From NCBI GenBank assembly GCA_008632985.1, contig QPGO01000021.1, positions 62,001 through 126,000 of the forward strand: DNA of 64,000 nt. Reading direction: 5' to 3'. Positions 48,098-60,532 of the stretch are shown here, one piece after another (the stretch's first letter is position 1; every line of letters starts with the position of its first letter). The DNA comes from Psammoneis japonica. Taxonomy: Eukaryota. The position numbers and the translations under genes are program-made. The notes under the pieces are model-generated. The model saw nothing but the letters and a program-made list of their open reading frames with translations, was not told the DNA's origin and ran no database searches.

Positions 48098-50316
48098 GCA
48101 CCCCTGTGGTAGGGGAGAATATGGTGATGTCATGGTTACGTGGCAGTTTATATCTTATTCATTATATTTTTATATAAATGCACTTACATTTATTTATGCA
48201 TTTGTACATAAATGCTAATAGTGGCAGGAAAAATCCTGAACCATATTTTTACTTATGGAATATACACATTCATGTGCATATTAACATTGAAACTCAACGC
48301 ACGGCGAAGCCGTGCGCGCGCAACCACGAACACACACACAGCTCCCCTGCCAAAGCACTGTGTACATTCCATAAGTAAAAATTCCTATTCCACAGCTCCC
48401 CTAAAACTCTAACCACCAAAAACCGAGGGGTCGGAAGCGCACTTTTTGGAAGACAGCGCACACACCAAAACATCACGCGTTTTGACGACTCGACCATGAT
48501 GTTGCCTCGTGGTTCTTCCCCATCGCCTTCCCAGGACGCCGATCCCACTGATGCCGTTGCCAACAACACTGATGCAACAGGCAATGTCATCATTCCAGTT
48601 CTCATGGGTGTGACACATGCAAAATAAGATGCCACAAACTCACACTGTTGTTTGCACGCTGCGCCGCCTCCCACAGATGCCATCACGAATTCCAACGCCG
48701 CACCTGCATTTCGGCCCCCTGGCATGCCCGATGCTGTTGCTCCCACCCTTGCTGCCACAGGCACTGTTGACACTGTCATTGTCTTTTGCCAACAACATCC
48801 ACAATGAAGTGCCAATGACTCACACTTCTTTCATTCTCACCCCACCGCCTCCCACAGACACTGTCACGAATTCCAACGCCGTGCCTGCATTTCGGCCCCC
48901 TGGCATGCTCGACACTGTCAATCCCACCCTTGCTGCTGCAGGTGCTGTTGATGCTGTCATTGTTTTTGCTTTGGAAGGAGCGTGATGGATGATGGCGGAC
49001 CAGGAAACTCACGCAACCACAACCGCAGCAACATGTGAAGGAGGATGTAGCTGATGGAATGCGGGCAGAGAAGGTGCCGGCATGCAAAGTGGCAGCATGG
49101 CTGTCGACATGGCACCAGTTTTGAAGGTCTGACAGTGATGAACATGGTGAGTGTTTGCCAAAAGCACGTTGCTGCCTGCCTCTGTTTTGGCAACTTACAA
49201 AAACAGTGTGTTGTGCATCATGTGTGGAACTCAAACGGCGAGAGTGGCCTCTTGTGGAGTTGTGCATGATGACCTGGTCCTGGAAAACAGAGCAGTGTCC
49301 AAGTCACATGCACCACTTGAAACCTTGCCAAGTCGCCTGCAAACAAATGCCAACTCACTGACCTCTCCAACTTGAAACTGAAAAACTGTGAAAGCATGCC
49401 TGCCAGCATCCAATTGTTGTCAGGTTTCTAATTTGTGGAGAGCCACATGATGTGTCTGTACATTCTAAAGATTAGACTGCACTCGAGCACCAACCAAGCG
49501 TCGCTGTTCATGTCCATTGATGTGTCGTCCATCAGCAGGCCGTGGTTGCCTGGGTTTCCTGGTCCGCCATCATCCACTGTGCTCCTTCCAAAGCAAAAAC
49601 AATGACAGTGTCAACAGCACCTGCGGCAGCAAGGGTGGGAGTGACAGTGTCGGGCATGCCAGGGGCCCGAAATGCAGGCACGGTGTTGGAATTCGTGACG
49701 GCATCTGTGGGAGGCAGCGGGGCGAGAATGAAAGAAGTGTGAGTTGTTGGCATTTCATTGTGCACGTCATTGGCAAAAGACAATGACAGCATCAACAGCA
49801 CCTGCGTCAGTGCGGGCAGGAGCAACAGTGTCGGGCATGCCAGGGGCCCGAAACGCAGGTGCGGCTTTGGAATTCGTGATGGCATCTGTGGGAGGCGGTG
49901 GAGCGTGCAAACAACAGTGTGAGTTTGTAGCATCTCATTTTGTGTGTGTCACACCCACGAGAACTGGAACAATGACATTGCCTGTTGCATCAGTGTCATC
50001 AGCAATGGCATCAGTGGGATTGGCATCCTGGGAAGGCGATGGGGAAGAACCACGAGGCATCATCATGGTCGAGTCGTCAAAACGCGTGTTTTTTATGTGG
50101 AGAAAAAGAGCTCCCAAAAGTGCGCTTCCGACCCCTCGGTTTTTGCTGGTCAGAGTTTTAGGGGAGAATGTGGTTCAGGATTTTTCCTGCTGCCATTGGC
50201 ATTTGTGCACAAATGCACAAACAAATGTGAGGACATTTGTGTGAAAATGCAATGAATGAGATGTAAACTGACACGTAACCATGACATCACCATGTTCTCC
50301 CCTGCCATGGGGGTGC
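48098..50316. mobile_element. ~2.2-kb non-autonomous foldback element with very long inverted arms
   Basis: 48098-48245 pairs with 50169-50316 and ~48396-49025 pairs with ~49537-50168. Each arm contains an internal ~180-bp direct duplication; the spacer is ~500 bp. Confidence 0.88.
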
Positions 50317-51315
50317 TGCCACAGGGGTGGATTGTGTGTGGAAAGCAAGTGAGATTGAAGATGGGCAGTCAGGCGCGCGCGGAACACATCATTTTCAGTT
50401 TGTGACAGGTTCTTTGGTTGTCACCTGTGTTTCTCACAAGTTGAGTCCATTGTCCTCTTGAGGCATGAGAGGAGCACAGAGGAGGTCTGTCCCAGGTGGC
50501 TCTGAGAAAAGAAATGTGCGCCACCATCAACTTTCCTGTTCTTGTGACAAGGAGCACTGACAAAAGAACTCCAAGAATCAACCAGAGGGTGCAGATGTCT
50601 CCATTCTTTCCAGCTTCATGCAACGTTGCAACAAGCATGCATCACAAGCTTCAGGGTGCATCTGGGGGACCCAAAGCTCAGGTCTGCCTCTTTTGGGCAG
50701 GAGCTGGGGGTTTGTCAAACAGCAACCAGGCTCCTTTGTGCATGGAGTCATGAACATTTCCACAAGAAAATTGTGTTTGTCCTTCTGAGTTGTCAAGTGA
50801 CCACAACAATTTTGCTTCACAGCTTCATGGTTGGTGTCTCCCGCACAAGGCCAATCTGTGCACAAATTTGTCAAGTTTGTGCAACCAAATTTGTGCACAG
50901 CATTTGGGTTGTGCCCATGCACAAAATTTGTCCCCAAACAGGAACACACCTCAGCAAGCAACAAACAGAAAACAGAGCACCTTGTCACAGTCATTTGAAA
51001 AAAATGTGCGGATGTGTCCAAAACAGAATGTCCAGTTTGTTGGCACATTTCGCAATCATCTGAAAAAAATATGCAATGAAGGTGTCCAAAACAGAAAATG
51101 TTCAATTGTCAGCAAATGAGAATTTGAGTTTTCCGCTGTGCCAAACACCTGTGATGACAACACAGGCATGGGAGAAAGTGATGTGTGGGGGTTGGGGGCA
51201 GCATCGAGAAGCATGGGAAAGGAAGGGGGCTGCTCGTGTGACTCCAGCATCAATGTGCCAAAGAGTTGTCAACATGATGAGTCACATTAGAATGATCTAA
51301 GCCAGAGGCAATGCA
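50317..51315. other. TpA/CpG-depleted degenerate sequence (remainder of island 3), unassigned
   Basis: Dinucleotide signature continues until ~51315; no confident domain. Confidence 0.6.
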
Positions 51316-51838
51316 TCAAGGGGGTCGTCGTTGGATCGGCTGCATTTGAATGCACGGACGACACCCTTCACTGTACTTGCGATCTGCTACGTATGCTGAT
51401 GCAATGCTTACGTCACAATGATGTCGTGGATCTAGAAGATGTGGTATCCGCGTTTCAATTTCAATTTTGGTCTTGTTTACGCGCAAGCGACGATCTTCTG
51501 TCCAATTTTGGAGAACAACAATTCGATTCGATCTTCTTTCCAATTTTGGAGAACAACACCAAACACTACTTTAGTCATAAAGTTCGCCGGATGCGTATTG
51601 AGACGTCTTGCACTCACCGAACTCAACTCCGTGGGTTGCGCATTTCAGACTAGAAAGAATCCAAACTCCAAACTCACCTTTTCTCACCATTCAACATTCA
51701 AGCCAACTGCAAAGAATCGGAAGAGTAAGAGTGAACCGTTGAACAAACAGTATTCATTGACATCGGAGATAGATGTGTTTCTTACATCAACAACGTGTCG
51801 TTTGTTTTGAAGGAACCTTTAGTTTGCAAAAGAGGGCA

Positions 51839-53442
51839 ATGGTAAAGTTTGTTCAACATTGGGGTCGTGTTGTGGCTCCCACGCTCTTAGCTTCCTCCTT
51901 GTTCCATCCAACCTTCGGGCATCAAGAACATCGCCGCACGGAGGGTGAGACGAGCATAGGATTTGAACGATGCGGCACGAGGACACCATCGCTTGAAGAA
52001 AGTCAAGCAATGGAAGAAGCAGCTCTGGAGTGGAAAACTGCAAACAATTTCAAAGCGGAAGATTCCAGTAGTATCACAATATGCACATATGTTCATGTCA
52101 TGGAGTATGCCGATGGAAGTGGTGGTGTTACTGATAAGCAGGTATCTGATCAAATTGAAGTCTTAAACAAACATTTTGCTGGTGAAGACACTACCGACTT
52201 TTGCGGCGAAACGTCTACCCGCCCAAACTCAGGTAGTGCCGCTACGCCCTTTCATTTCGAACTAAGCCTGGTTACCCGAACCCAGAACAACGAATGGGCA
52301 AATTGGACAAGAGCCAATGAAAGGGTGCCAAAATCCACAATTCGTCGAGGCGATCAAGCTACACTTAATCTCTACGTCGCACCCCAGCTTTTTGGTTTTT
52401 TCACCAATATCCTTGGATACGCCAAGTTTCCTTTCGAGTACGAGGTGGATCCTATTTTAGATGGTGTCGTCCTTCTGGCAGGCACTTTTCCTGGGGGGGA
52501 CAAATCGCCATATAATGAAGGTGATACCGCGACACATGAAGTAGGTGAGTATTTTCGACCCCAATCCCAACCACTTGGTACGATGTCGTCTAACACGCTT
52601 GCGTTTACTTTGTCGACTACTCGAAAATCTAATGGCACCAAGGTCATTGGCTGAACCTATTTCATACATTTCAGGATGGTTGTGAAGGTGGTGACTTGGT
52701 AGACGATACTGAGCCGGAGGAAACCGCAGCTTATGGGTGCAATGTTACTCGTAACTCGTGTGGTGACGAAGATTCTCCATTGGACCCCGTCACCAATTTC
52801 ATGGACTACTCGGATGACTGTTGTTTGTTCAGATTCTCGGAGGGTCAAAAAACAAGGATGGTGCAAGCCTGGAACATGTATCGCACAAGCGAGAGTGGAG
52901 ACGATTGTACAGTTGTACTTCTGCCGACGGCTTCAACGCCTGTGCCGTCAGCAACGCCAAACAATGAACCATCAATCTTTCCTTCGTCTGCGCCGTCGGA
53001 GCGTCCAAGCAACGAACCTTCTTCAAGCCCTTCCCCGCCATTGGACGCGACGACACCAATGCCAAGCGGCGAACCTTCAAGCTTTCCTTCGTCCACCGCA
53101 TCAGAAAGTCCAAGCAACTTACCTTCAAGCTCCCCTACGTCCATGCCATCAGCAAAGCCAACCAGTGAACCACCTAGTGTTGTCACTCGCAGGCCAACCC
53201 CACCGCGAGCTTCCGAGGAGCCACGTCCACCGACTCCACAACCTAATACTCCTCGACCGACGCGACCCTGGCGATGGGGGCCGGTCCCGGCAAGGCCTAC
53301 AAAGCCTTCTCCGTCCGACTGGTTGCCCTCTCGTCCAGGAACCGGTGGGGGCAAGCCAACCAAAGGAAGTCGCTGGTGGCTTCGCCCCAACAAGAGAAAT
53401 GGCAAATGGAGGAAGCGCCGCCGTCGCAAGGGCAAGAAATGA
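51839..53442 (+). CDS. Secreted zinc metalloprotease, peptidase M43 (pappalysin/ulilysin type), with PSxxPS stalk and basic tail
   Basis: Signal peptide, CGT cysteine switch, HEVG|HWLNLFHTF joined across intron 52545-52642, and NFMDYSDD Met-turn. Confidence 0.92.
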
Positions 53443-53859
53443 AAATACATTCGTCGCAAGCTCTTGTGCTCTTCTCGTTACATATCGTCGATCTCGACGG
53501 ATTGGACGGCTTACATGTTGTGTGTTTGCCTTTTAATTTCATGTTTGTTCCGCTCAGATAGTATAAGAAACGGGCCGTATTCATAGAAGCATTTTTGTTT
53601 CAGTCAACGTCGTGACTTGTCGATTCATACCCGACAAAGTTACAACATGAAGAGAAGTGTGCGTGAGCTTTGTCCCCCTTTTTGCTGACATCAAATATTA
53701 ATCTTTCTTATCGACGAAGTGATGGCAACAGAGAAGAGTCGTCTATGTAGCTACATAACATAGAAGAGCAACATGTGGTGTCGTTCTGTCGCCAGTCGCC
53801 ACTCGCTCTGGGGGACGTCTTCGGAAGTGAGAGCATCAAAAATCATTGACCACTTCAGT

Positions 53860-54110
53860 TCATCGTGGGACCCCACAAATACGGAGGGACCCGCAACCCG
53901 GAAATGTGTAGAGTTCTACGTGAATGTATGGGGACTGTTCACGTAGGTTTTGTACCAGAGCTATCTCGTGAACTAGGCGTTTTTTCGGATTTTTGTCGTA
54001 GAAACTGTACCAATTTTGCGTATGTAGGCTACATGTTTCAGTACCACATACAAAAATTCGCGTAGTGCTCTACAGGAGGGTCCCTCCGTATTTGTGGGGT
54101 CTCACGATGA
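53860..54110. mobile_element. 251-bp MITE with 33-bp near-perfect TIRs and 4-bp TSD CAGT
   Basis: TCATCGTG(G/A)GACCCCACAAATACGGAGGGACCC at both ends with one mismatch; CAGT at 53856-53859 and 54111-54114. Confidence 0.9.
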
Positions 54111-54496
54111 CAGTGGTTGGTGATTGCAGACTTTTTCGTGTCGGTCCGGCAGTCGGGGGGTCGGGCAGTGGGGCAGTCGGGCAGTCGGGTTGTCCGTCTG
54201 AATTTGAAAGTGTGTCCCTCGGATTTTAGAACGGGATGGGTTGTTTGGCACAGATGAATTCTTCGGATTCGCAGAATTGTCATTGAGGACCACTCCCCCG
54301 GATCGCAACACATTTTAACTGGCACACAGAAAATTTCTACGTGATTTCTACGCACCTCGCACAAATCACGTGCCTCTGGTACAAAACGTGTGCCCTCCAC
54401 CCCAATCCCGCAAAGGGACACCCACCGAGAGGTTCGCTTCGTGCACTTTTGAACTTCATTTAGCGCCACGCCCACTCACCACCAATCCAAAACAAC

Positions 54497-57400
54497 ATGG
54501 GTCCATCTCTTTCAACAGGAAAGTTGATTGACAGAAGAGACAAGAAAGGTCTCTTTCAGAGCTTTTGCTCTCTTGACACTGTTGTGAATTGCGGTGATTC
54601 GGGAAACTCGGTGCGAGTCGACACCGCAGGATTGAACTCAAAAGGAGGTCCAAAAGACAACAAAACAAACAAAGAGCTAAGACTGGTCTTAGATTGTCAT
54701 GACAAAACTGTGGAAAGGCTCTTTGGCTTTGGTGCGAATGATGGTTTCGCTGTCAAGAAACGACGACCCAAGAGAGCGAAGCAGACAGAGCGCGCCAAAC
54801 CCGAAGCACTGTTGCTGAGGAAGCGCCATCGCAGCAAGAAAGTCCTGCATCCAATCAAGGTAGCCAATGTGGCCATGCAACACCATTTGATGTGGGTGGG
54901 AATGCGAAGCAAATGAGACGTCTGCTGGCAGAAGAGATGTTCGCAAAGAAAGGGGGTGACGTCGTTTGGCTTGTCGGGATGGCCGACCATTGCTCTCCGT
55001 CAGATTTTGGTTTGCCAGAAACCGGAGATCATGCATTTTGGAGAGGGAACCAGAAGCACACTGCAATGCAATGCACTGTGGTGGCAAACATTGTCAGGCC
55101 AACGCTGTTAGACAAAGACGCGAGCAAGGACGATTTCGTAAAGAAATTCAGGACGCGGGGCGACGCACTTACCTTGTTGGTTACAAATGCCAAGACTTCA
55201 AAACGGCATCACTTGGAAGTGCACTTCTGCCATGCATTTGTGGGTGCATGCAAGTTGTGGGACATGCAGGGAGCCGCAAGTCGGGATTGCCAGCACTTGC
55301 TCCTGCGGCACGCTGAAGAGGGCTCCTTTGTGGGAACGAAAAGGGCAAACATGAGACGGGCAACTGCGTTGGCACAAATTCTGCCGCTCGTGCCACAGGT
55401 GGAGAAAGAGACACGGGGCGACTCGCACGAAATGGCAAAGCTTGCTTGGGCCGCCCAAGACACGAAGCAACGCTTTTCGCCCACCGACATCCCCAAATTG
55501 GCTTTGGAAGGCGAAAGCCCCACGATCCAACCCGATGACGTGCCTGTGTTCGTCGAAGACGAAATCAAAAGCAAAGGCATCGCATGGTGTAAGAAGCTTG
55601 ACAACGAGATGGAAAAAAGAATCACGAATGTGTTCAAGAACGGCTGGGATGACATGGAAGAACCGCCAATTTCCATGAACGAAATGGTCCAAGAGCTTGA
55701 GGAGAATTGCCCTTTGCTGTGGGCATTCACCAGCATTGAGAACGCACCGAACGCCATGTGTCGAGCCAAATGTAAGGAGATGAAGTGCACTCGCCGGCTC
55801 CTCACCTGCTTGTTGACATTGCGCACCAGGAACCCTCACAATCTTCAACACCTTGCCCTTGTGGTGTGACTCGGAGCCATGACTCGTGGAAATGGAGCAG
55901 ACGCAATGGGGTGGCACATTGGACTGATGGTTGACAAGTCAAAAGCCCGGAAATGGATGAAAGAGAATTGTGAGAAGCTCCGCAGCTTGCAGCGTGATGC
56001 CCTTGGCAAGGATGCTCACAATGGCTTGATCTTTGACAATTTTCAATTCTTCCAAACTCCTCTGTTCCAGCGAGGCAGGCGGTCCTCGATTCCTGTTCAT
56101 GCTGCAATGACAGCACACGTGAGATGGAGATTGCCCCAATGGAAAGCAGGTGACACTGTGGCGTACCTCAGTCTTGGAGCGAATCAAGGCACACACCGTT
56201 TCGACGTCGTTGCAAGCTCTCCGGTGACTGATGACTGCTGTCAAATTGCGTGCGCATTGAAGGCTCAGGTAGATTGCGAAGTGCCTCTTTCAAATTCAAG
56301 TGAAAAGACACAGGCAAAAGCAGGTGAGACCATGTCACTTGCGCTCCCAGTCGACGGATGGGAGCTGCACACATCGCCAACGCTCATGACGCACCCACCT
56401 CTTGCCCGTGATGGCAATCAAGAAACTCCCAAGATGCCGGGAATGGATTTGTCCAGCAGTGATTGCTGCGATCACGTAAAGGCATTGAACCAGTGCTTGT
56501 TTCTCAGACAAAACCTCGTCCAAGAACGAATCGCACGAGGAAGCCGCAACAGGGCAATGACCGAAGTGCAAAGTCTGACCGTTGACTGGTGGCGGTCGCT
56601 GATTGATCGCGTGGGAACCGAATTGGAAACGGAGCATGGCAGACTTGTGAGCACATGGAATCCACACGCAAAGAAGAAGTCCTTGTGGGTTTGGACTGAG
56701 CTGTCTCACCATGCGGAAACCAAGGCGGAAGGATTGAAAGATTGCATGCGTGAGATCTTTCTAGAGATGAAAGTGTTGGAAGAAAACAGCGAAGGCAAGT
56801 TGACAAAGACAGCGCGTCTGCCTTACCTCAAGACACACACGCACAGCAACTGGAAGACAATTGAAGGTGTTCACAAGCATGTCGCAGATTTGTACGAGCA
56901 CGCGATGCTGGACGGTGATTCTGAAAGTGACGAAGAGGCGCTTCTCGCAGCCTGTGACACTTTGACGCCGATCCACGGAGATCTTCACGTCGGATTTCAC
57001 ATGCTCGACGCGATCTACCACCTGGCGCATGAAAGCAGCTTAAATCCCATAAAGCAGATGCTTGGAATGAAACGAATCACAGCTGAGCCAATGAAGTCTG
57101 GCATCTTCGCCGCGACAGAGCTTCTCAAGATTTGCCATGGCCCGCTAAAATTGCTGTTCCTTGAACGTTTTATTGACGAACAAGGTGGGGCGGCTCTTGA
57201 CTCAGCAACAATGACAGCAGGTGACTCAGAACAGGCTCTCAATTTCGGGACACAATTTCAGTGTTTCCTTGATCTACAGTGCCTCTGTGACACAGACGCG
57301 GTGTTGCAGTTCCACGCTCTTCTGGTCAAAGCCACTGACCTTCTCTTTCTGCACGAAGCAAGTGTCAAGGAATCAGATGCAGTGACGCCACACAAACTGC

Positions 57401-58194
57401 TGATCGAGTTGATGCCTCTTTTCCAAACATCAGGGAAGGCAAAATGCGTCAATCTCTGTTTCTCTTGGATGGAGGTGGCAGCGGCAATGACCCCGGCAGA
57501 ATTGCTGGAGGAGTTTGTTGATCACACTGTCAAAATGAACGCAGACAAGAATGACATTGCGATGGATGACCTGTGTGAGAAGGGTGGTTGGTTTTTGAAA
57601 AGAGGGGACAAGCTGCCAACCGAACAAGATCCACTTGCTGTCAGGTCTTTCTTCTTGGGTCTTGTGCAGAAGAGTCTTGCAACATGCAGAGAACTGGCAG
57701 GGGGGGAGAAGCAAACCAAGCGAACAAAAGCTTCAGAACGCAACGAGCTCTTTGGCGCAGTGCATGAAATGTGCCGGGCCGCAGAGGTGGTGCACGACAA
57801 CGGTCGAATGAGCCTCGACATCACACCATTTGCAGAAGCCCACAAAATGGAGGCGCAAGACTTTCAAGATAAAAAGTCGCGCAAACAATCACTGATCCCC
57901 CCAAATGCAGCCACAATCGAAAACCTTCACATCATCGTGAACGAGGTGGAGTCCGACTCCGACTCGGACTGTTCGAAAACAGACAGCACTTCAAGCGAGG
58001 GCAGCACACAACAAGATGAAACAGCTTGTGAGCAGTTGTCACGGGCAAGCTCAAGCGAGAGTGGCTGGGGAGAAACGACTTGCTCTGGTCAACAGACCGA
58101 TGAAGATGGGCTGTCCGTAATGGTTGATGACGGTGAGTTCATGTTTTTGTCACATGAAGCCGGTTCTGTCCCCATTGAGGACTCAACCGACTGA
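54497..58194 (+). pseudogene. Academ/DUF6589-like transposase
   Basis: Motifs LIFDNFQF, HGDLHVGFHMLDAIY and NDIAMDDLCEK fit the D...(G.FH)...D..E layout as I recall it. ORFs 54892-55869 and 55879-58194 are in one frame, split by a TGA. Confidence 0.6.
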
Positions 58195-58242
58195 GACAAT
58201 GATGAATCCGTCACACTGGGTGACCGCAAACCAGCAACAAAG

Positions 58243-60365
58243 GTGCCAGTGCCAATTCCAGCCATCCCAACAACAATGGCCCATGGCAACTGGTTCACAC
58301 TGGGCAACAAGAGCATTGTCAGGAAGACAGAATCCCGAGAGACCAAAACCACTAAAATGGCCAGGAAAAAAGAGCGAGCAGCCCAAGCACTCTGTCACTT
58401 TGAAGGTTCCAATGCGACCTTGCCAGAGATCATTGAAATGGTCGAAATGGGATCCCTCCCTTGTCGAAAGGAGAGATGGAGCGACATTGCAAAGGGAGAC
58501 AGCTCAAGTCCGCCCAGAAAGCATCGGCGTCAAATCAGCGGGACTGGTGATGGCCCCACGACAACTGTGATCGAAGCAGAGAATGATTTGATTGGCAAAA
58601 TGAACAAAGAAGAGATCGATTCAATTCATGAACTGCACACGCACCAGACCGAGGCCATGCGCCGACTTGGATTTGAAAAGGAAAATCTGCTTCTAGTTCA
58701 GCCAACTGGAACAGGCAAGACACGGGCATTTGAGGCGACTGCAACACTGTTGGATGGAGTGAGCATTTTCATGTCACCCTTGGTGGCCACAAGCGCAAGC
58801 CACGCATCTGGAATCAACGAGAATGTGGAGATGAAGTGTTTGACCGCGGCCGTGTGCGATGCAGCCACCGAGGAACAAGAATCAAGACTCATGGCAGGTG
58901 TCTCTGCAATGCCAGCGGACAGTGATGCCGCCTTGGCTCTGACAATGTCACCAGCTGAGTTTGCGAGCAAGAAGTGGCAGGCATTCCTGTTGGTGGAAAT
59001 TCGGCGTGGCATCATCCGACTGTTGGGAGTCGACGAAATCCATCTCACAGCACTTGATTTCACATGTCGAGAGGAGTTCTTGAAGTTAAAGGCACCTCTC
59101 AAAATGACACAGGAAACAACCAATGCGCCGATCGTGGCCATGACTGCCACACTTGATGCCGAGCTGAAATCAAAGTTTGAAACAGTGACAGGAATGACAT
59201 TTGATTCCTGCATTTGGGACACGAACATCGGCAAAGTCAGACTCATTCGACATGCACGAAACAGGACTGCCAACATCATCAAAACAAAGCTGAAGTCGTG
59301 CCTTGCCGATGAGGGGCGAAATGCCATCGTGCGCTGCCTCGAGCGATGCCGCTGCGAACACACGCTACTTGCGACGGTCGAATCCTTGCTGCTGTCAATG
59401 GAAATCGATCAATGTGCTGTAGAGGCCTTCCATGGGAAGAGATCAACGAAGATGAAACTGTGCCCAATCCATCTCTTCAAAAACAACCCTGGCCTCCGAG
59501 TTCTTGTGTGCACAAAAGCGGGCAACGCTGGGATCGACTCGAAGCATTGTGGCGATGTCATCATGGATGGACCGCCATCCAACATTTGCGACTTCGTTCA
59601 AATGCTTGGAAGAACCGGAAGGCTTGGTTCGGTTGATTTTGGTGAACGGGGACCAGAGTGCCATGTGTTGTTAAGCGTGTCTCTGCTTGAAAAGGTTCTG
59701 AAACAAATTGAAAGGGAGGAAGATCGTGAGCAGCGAAGAACAGCGCGACGGCGCTTCTTCGAGTTGATGGAAATCTTGTCATTCTCAACCGTCTGCATCA
59801 ATGATCAGTTTCAAAGACGATTCGCTCACCCGACAATGCGCAACAAGCTCCTCATGCAGGGATCATGTCACCGGTGCCGTCACGTCCAGATGAAGACCAA
59901 ACGAGCCGTCCACGTCCAGTCACTCCCAACCACGACTTTCAAGATAGAGCTGCCAACTGCGACAAATGCTGGGCATGCTGCAAGGACAAACATGCAGGGG
60001 AGAATGAAATGTGGTTTGGCAAGACGGCCCTTACAATGACACTAGCGGGTGCCTTTGATGGCAAGCGAGCTTCTTTGAATGAAGTGCTTGCTCTCCTGAA
60101 AGAGAATGCCGAGACAATGTGGCCACGAGCGCACAACACCAGGTCATCCGGAACACAAGATGCTGAACTTTTGCTGCTTCAGCTGATTGTTTCTAAAGTT
60201 CTTCGACACCGCTGCCGACTAGATGCCTCCACAAAGAACACAGGAGCGCAAAGACAGAAGATTGAGATGTCGTGGAACACTGACAAAAGAGGAATGCCAA
60301 TGTGCCGGTTGGATGCCTCGTGGGACAAGTTCCAAAATGTGCTTGCTGAAAGTGGAGTAAATTAG
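58243..60365 (+). pseudogene. RecQ-like SF2 helicase of the transposon
   Basis: QPTGTGKT (I), SPLVA (Ia), VDEIH (II), MTATL (III), AFHG, CTKAGNAGID (V), QMLGRTGR (VI) and a C-terminal CDKCWAC after a frameshift; same frame as the upstream transposase. Confidence 0.88.
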
Positions 60366-60532
60366 GCCAAATGACCGACAACTCTCCGGAATCACAAAGC
60401 AAAAATGAGTTCTGCACAATTCAATGCCTCGTGGGACAAGTTCCAAAGTGTGCTCACTGAAAGTAGAGTAAATTAGCCCAACAAACCGACGACTCTCCAG
60501 AATCACGAAACAAAAATGAGTTCTGCACAATT
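60313..60532. repeat. Tandem duplication of ~110 bp covering the helicase stop codon
   Basis: ATGCCTCGTGGGACAAGTTCCAAA...GAGTTCTGCACAATT occurs twice. Confidence 0.88.

Noticed and set aside
48098..50316. Classical RIP (CA>TA) as the explanation of the arm differences
   Set aside because: The TA-rich arm retains many CA/TG sites, the islands are TA-poor, and conserved Tyr codons in TE proteins show the direction is TA>CA/TG.
50578..51105. AVHKFGCT could restore to a GIY-YIG/T5orf172-like YKFGYT motif
   Set aside because: A single short motif that depends on back-mutation is too weak without an HMM search.
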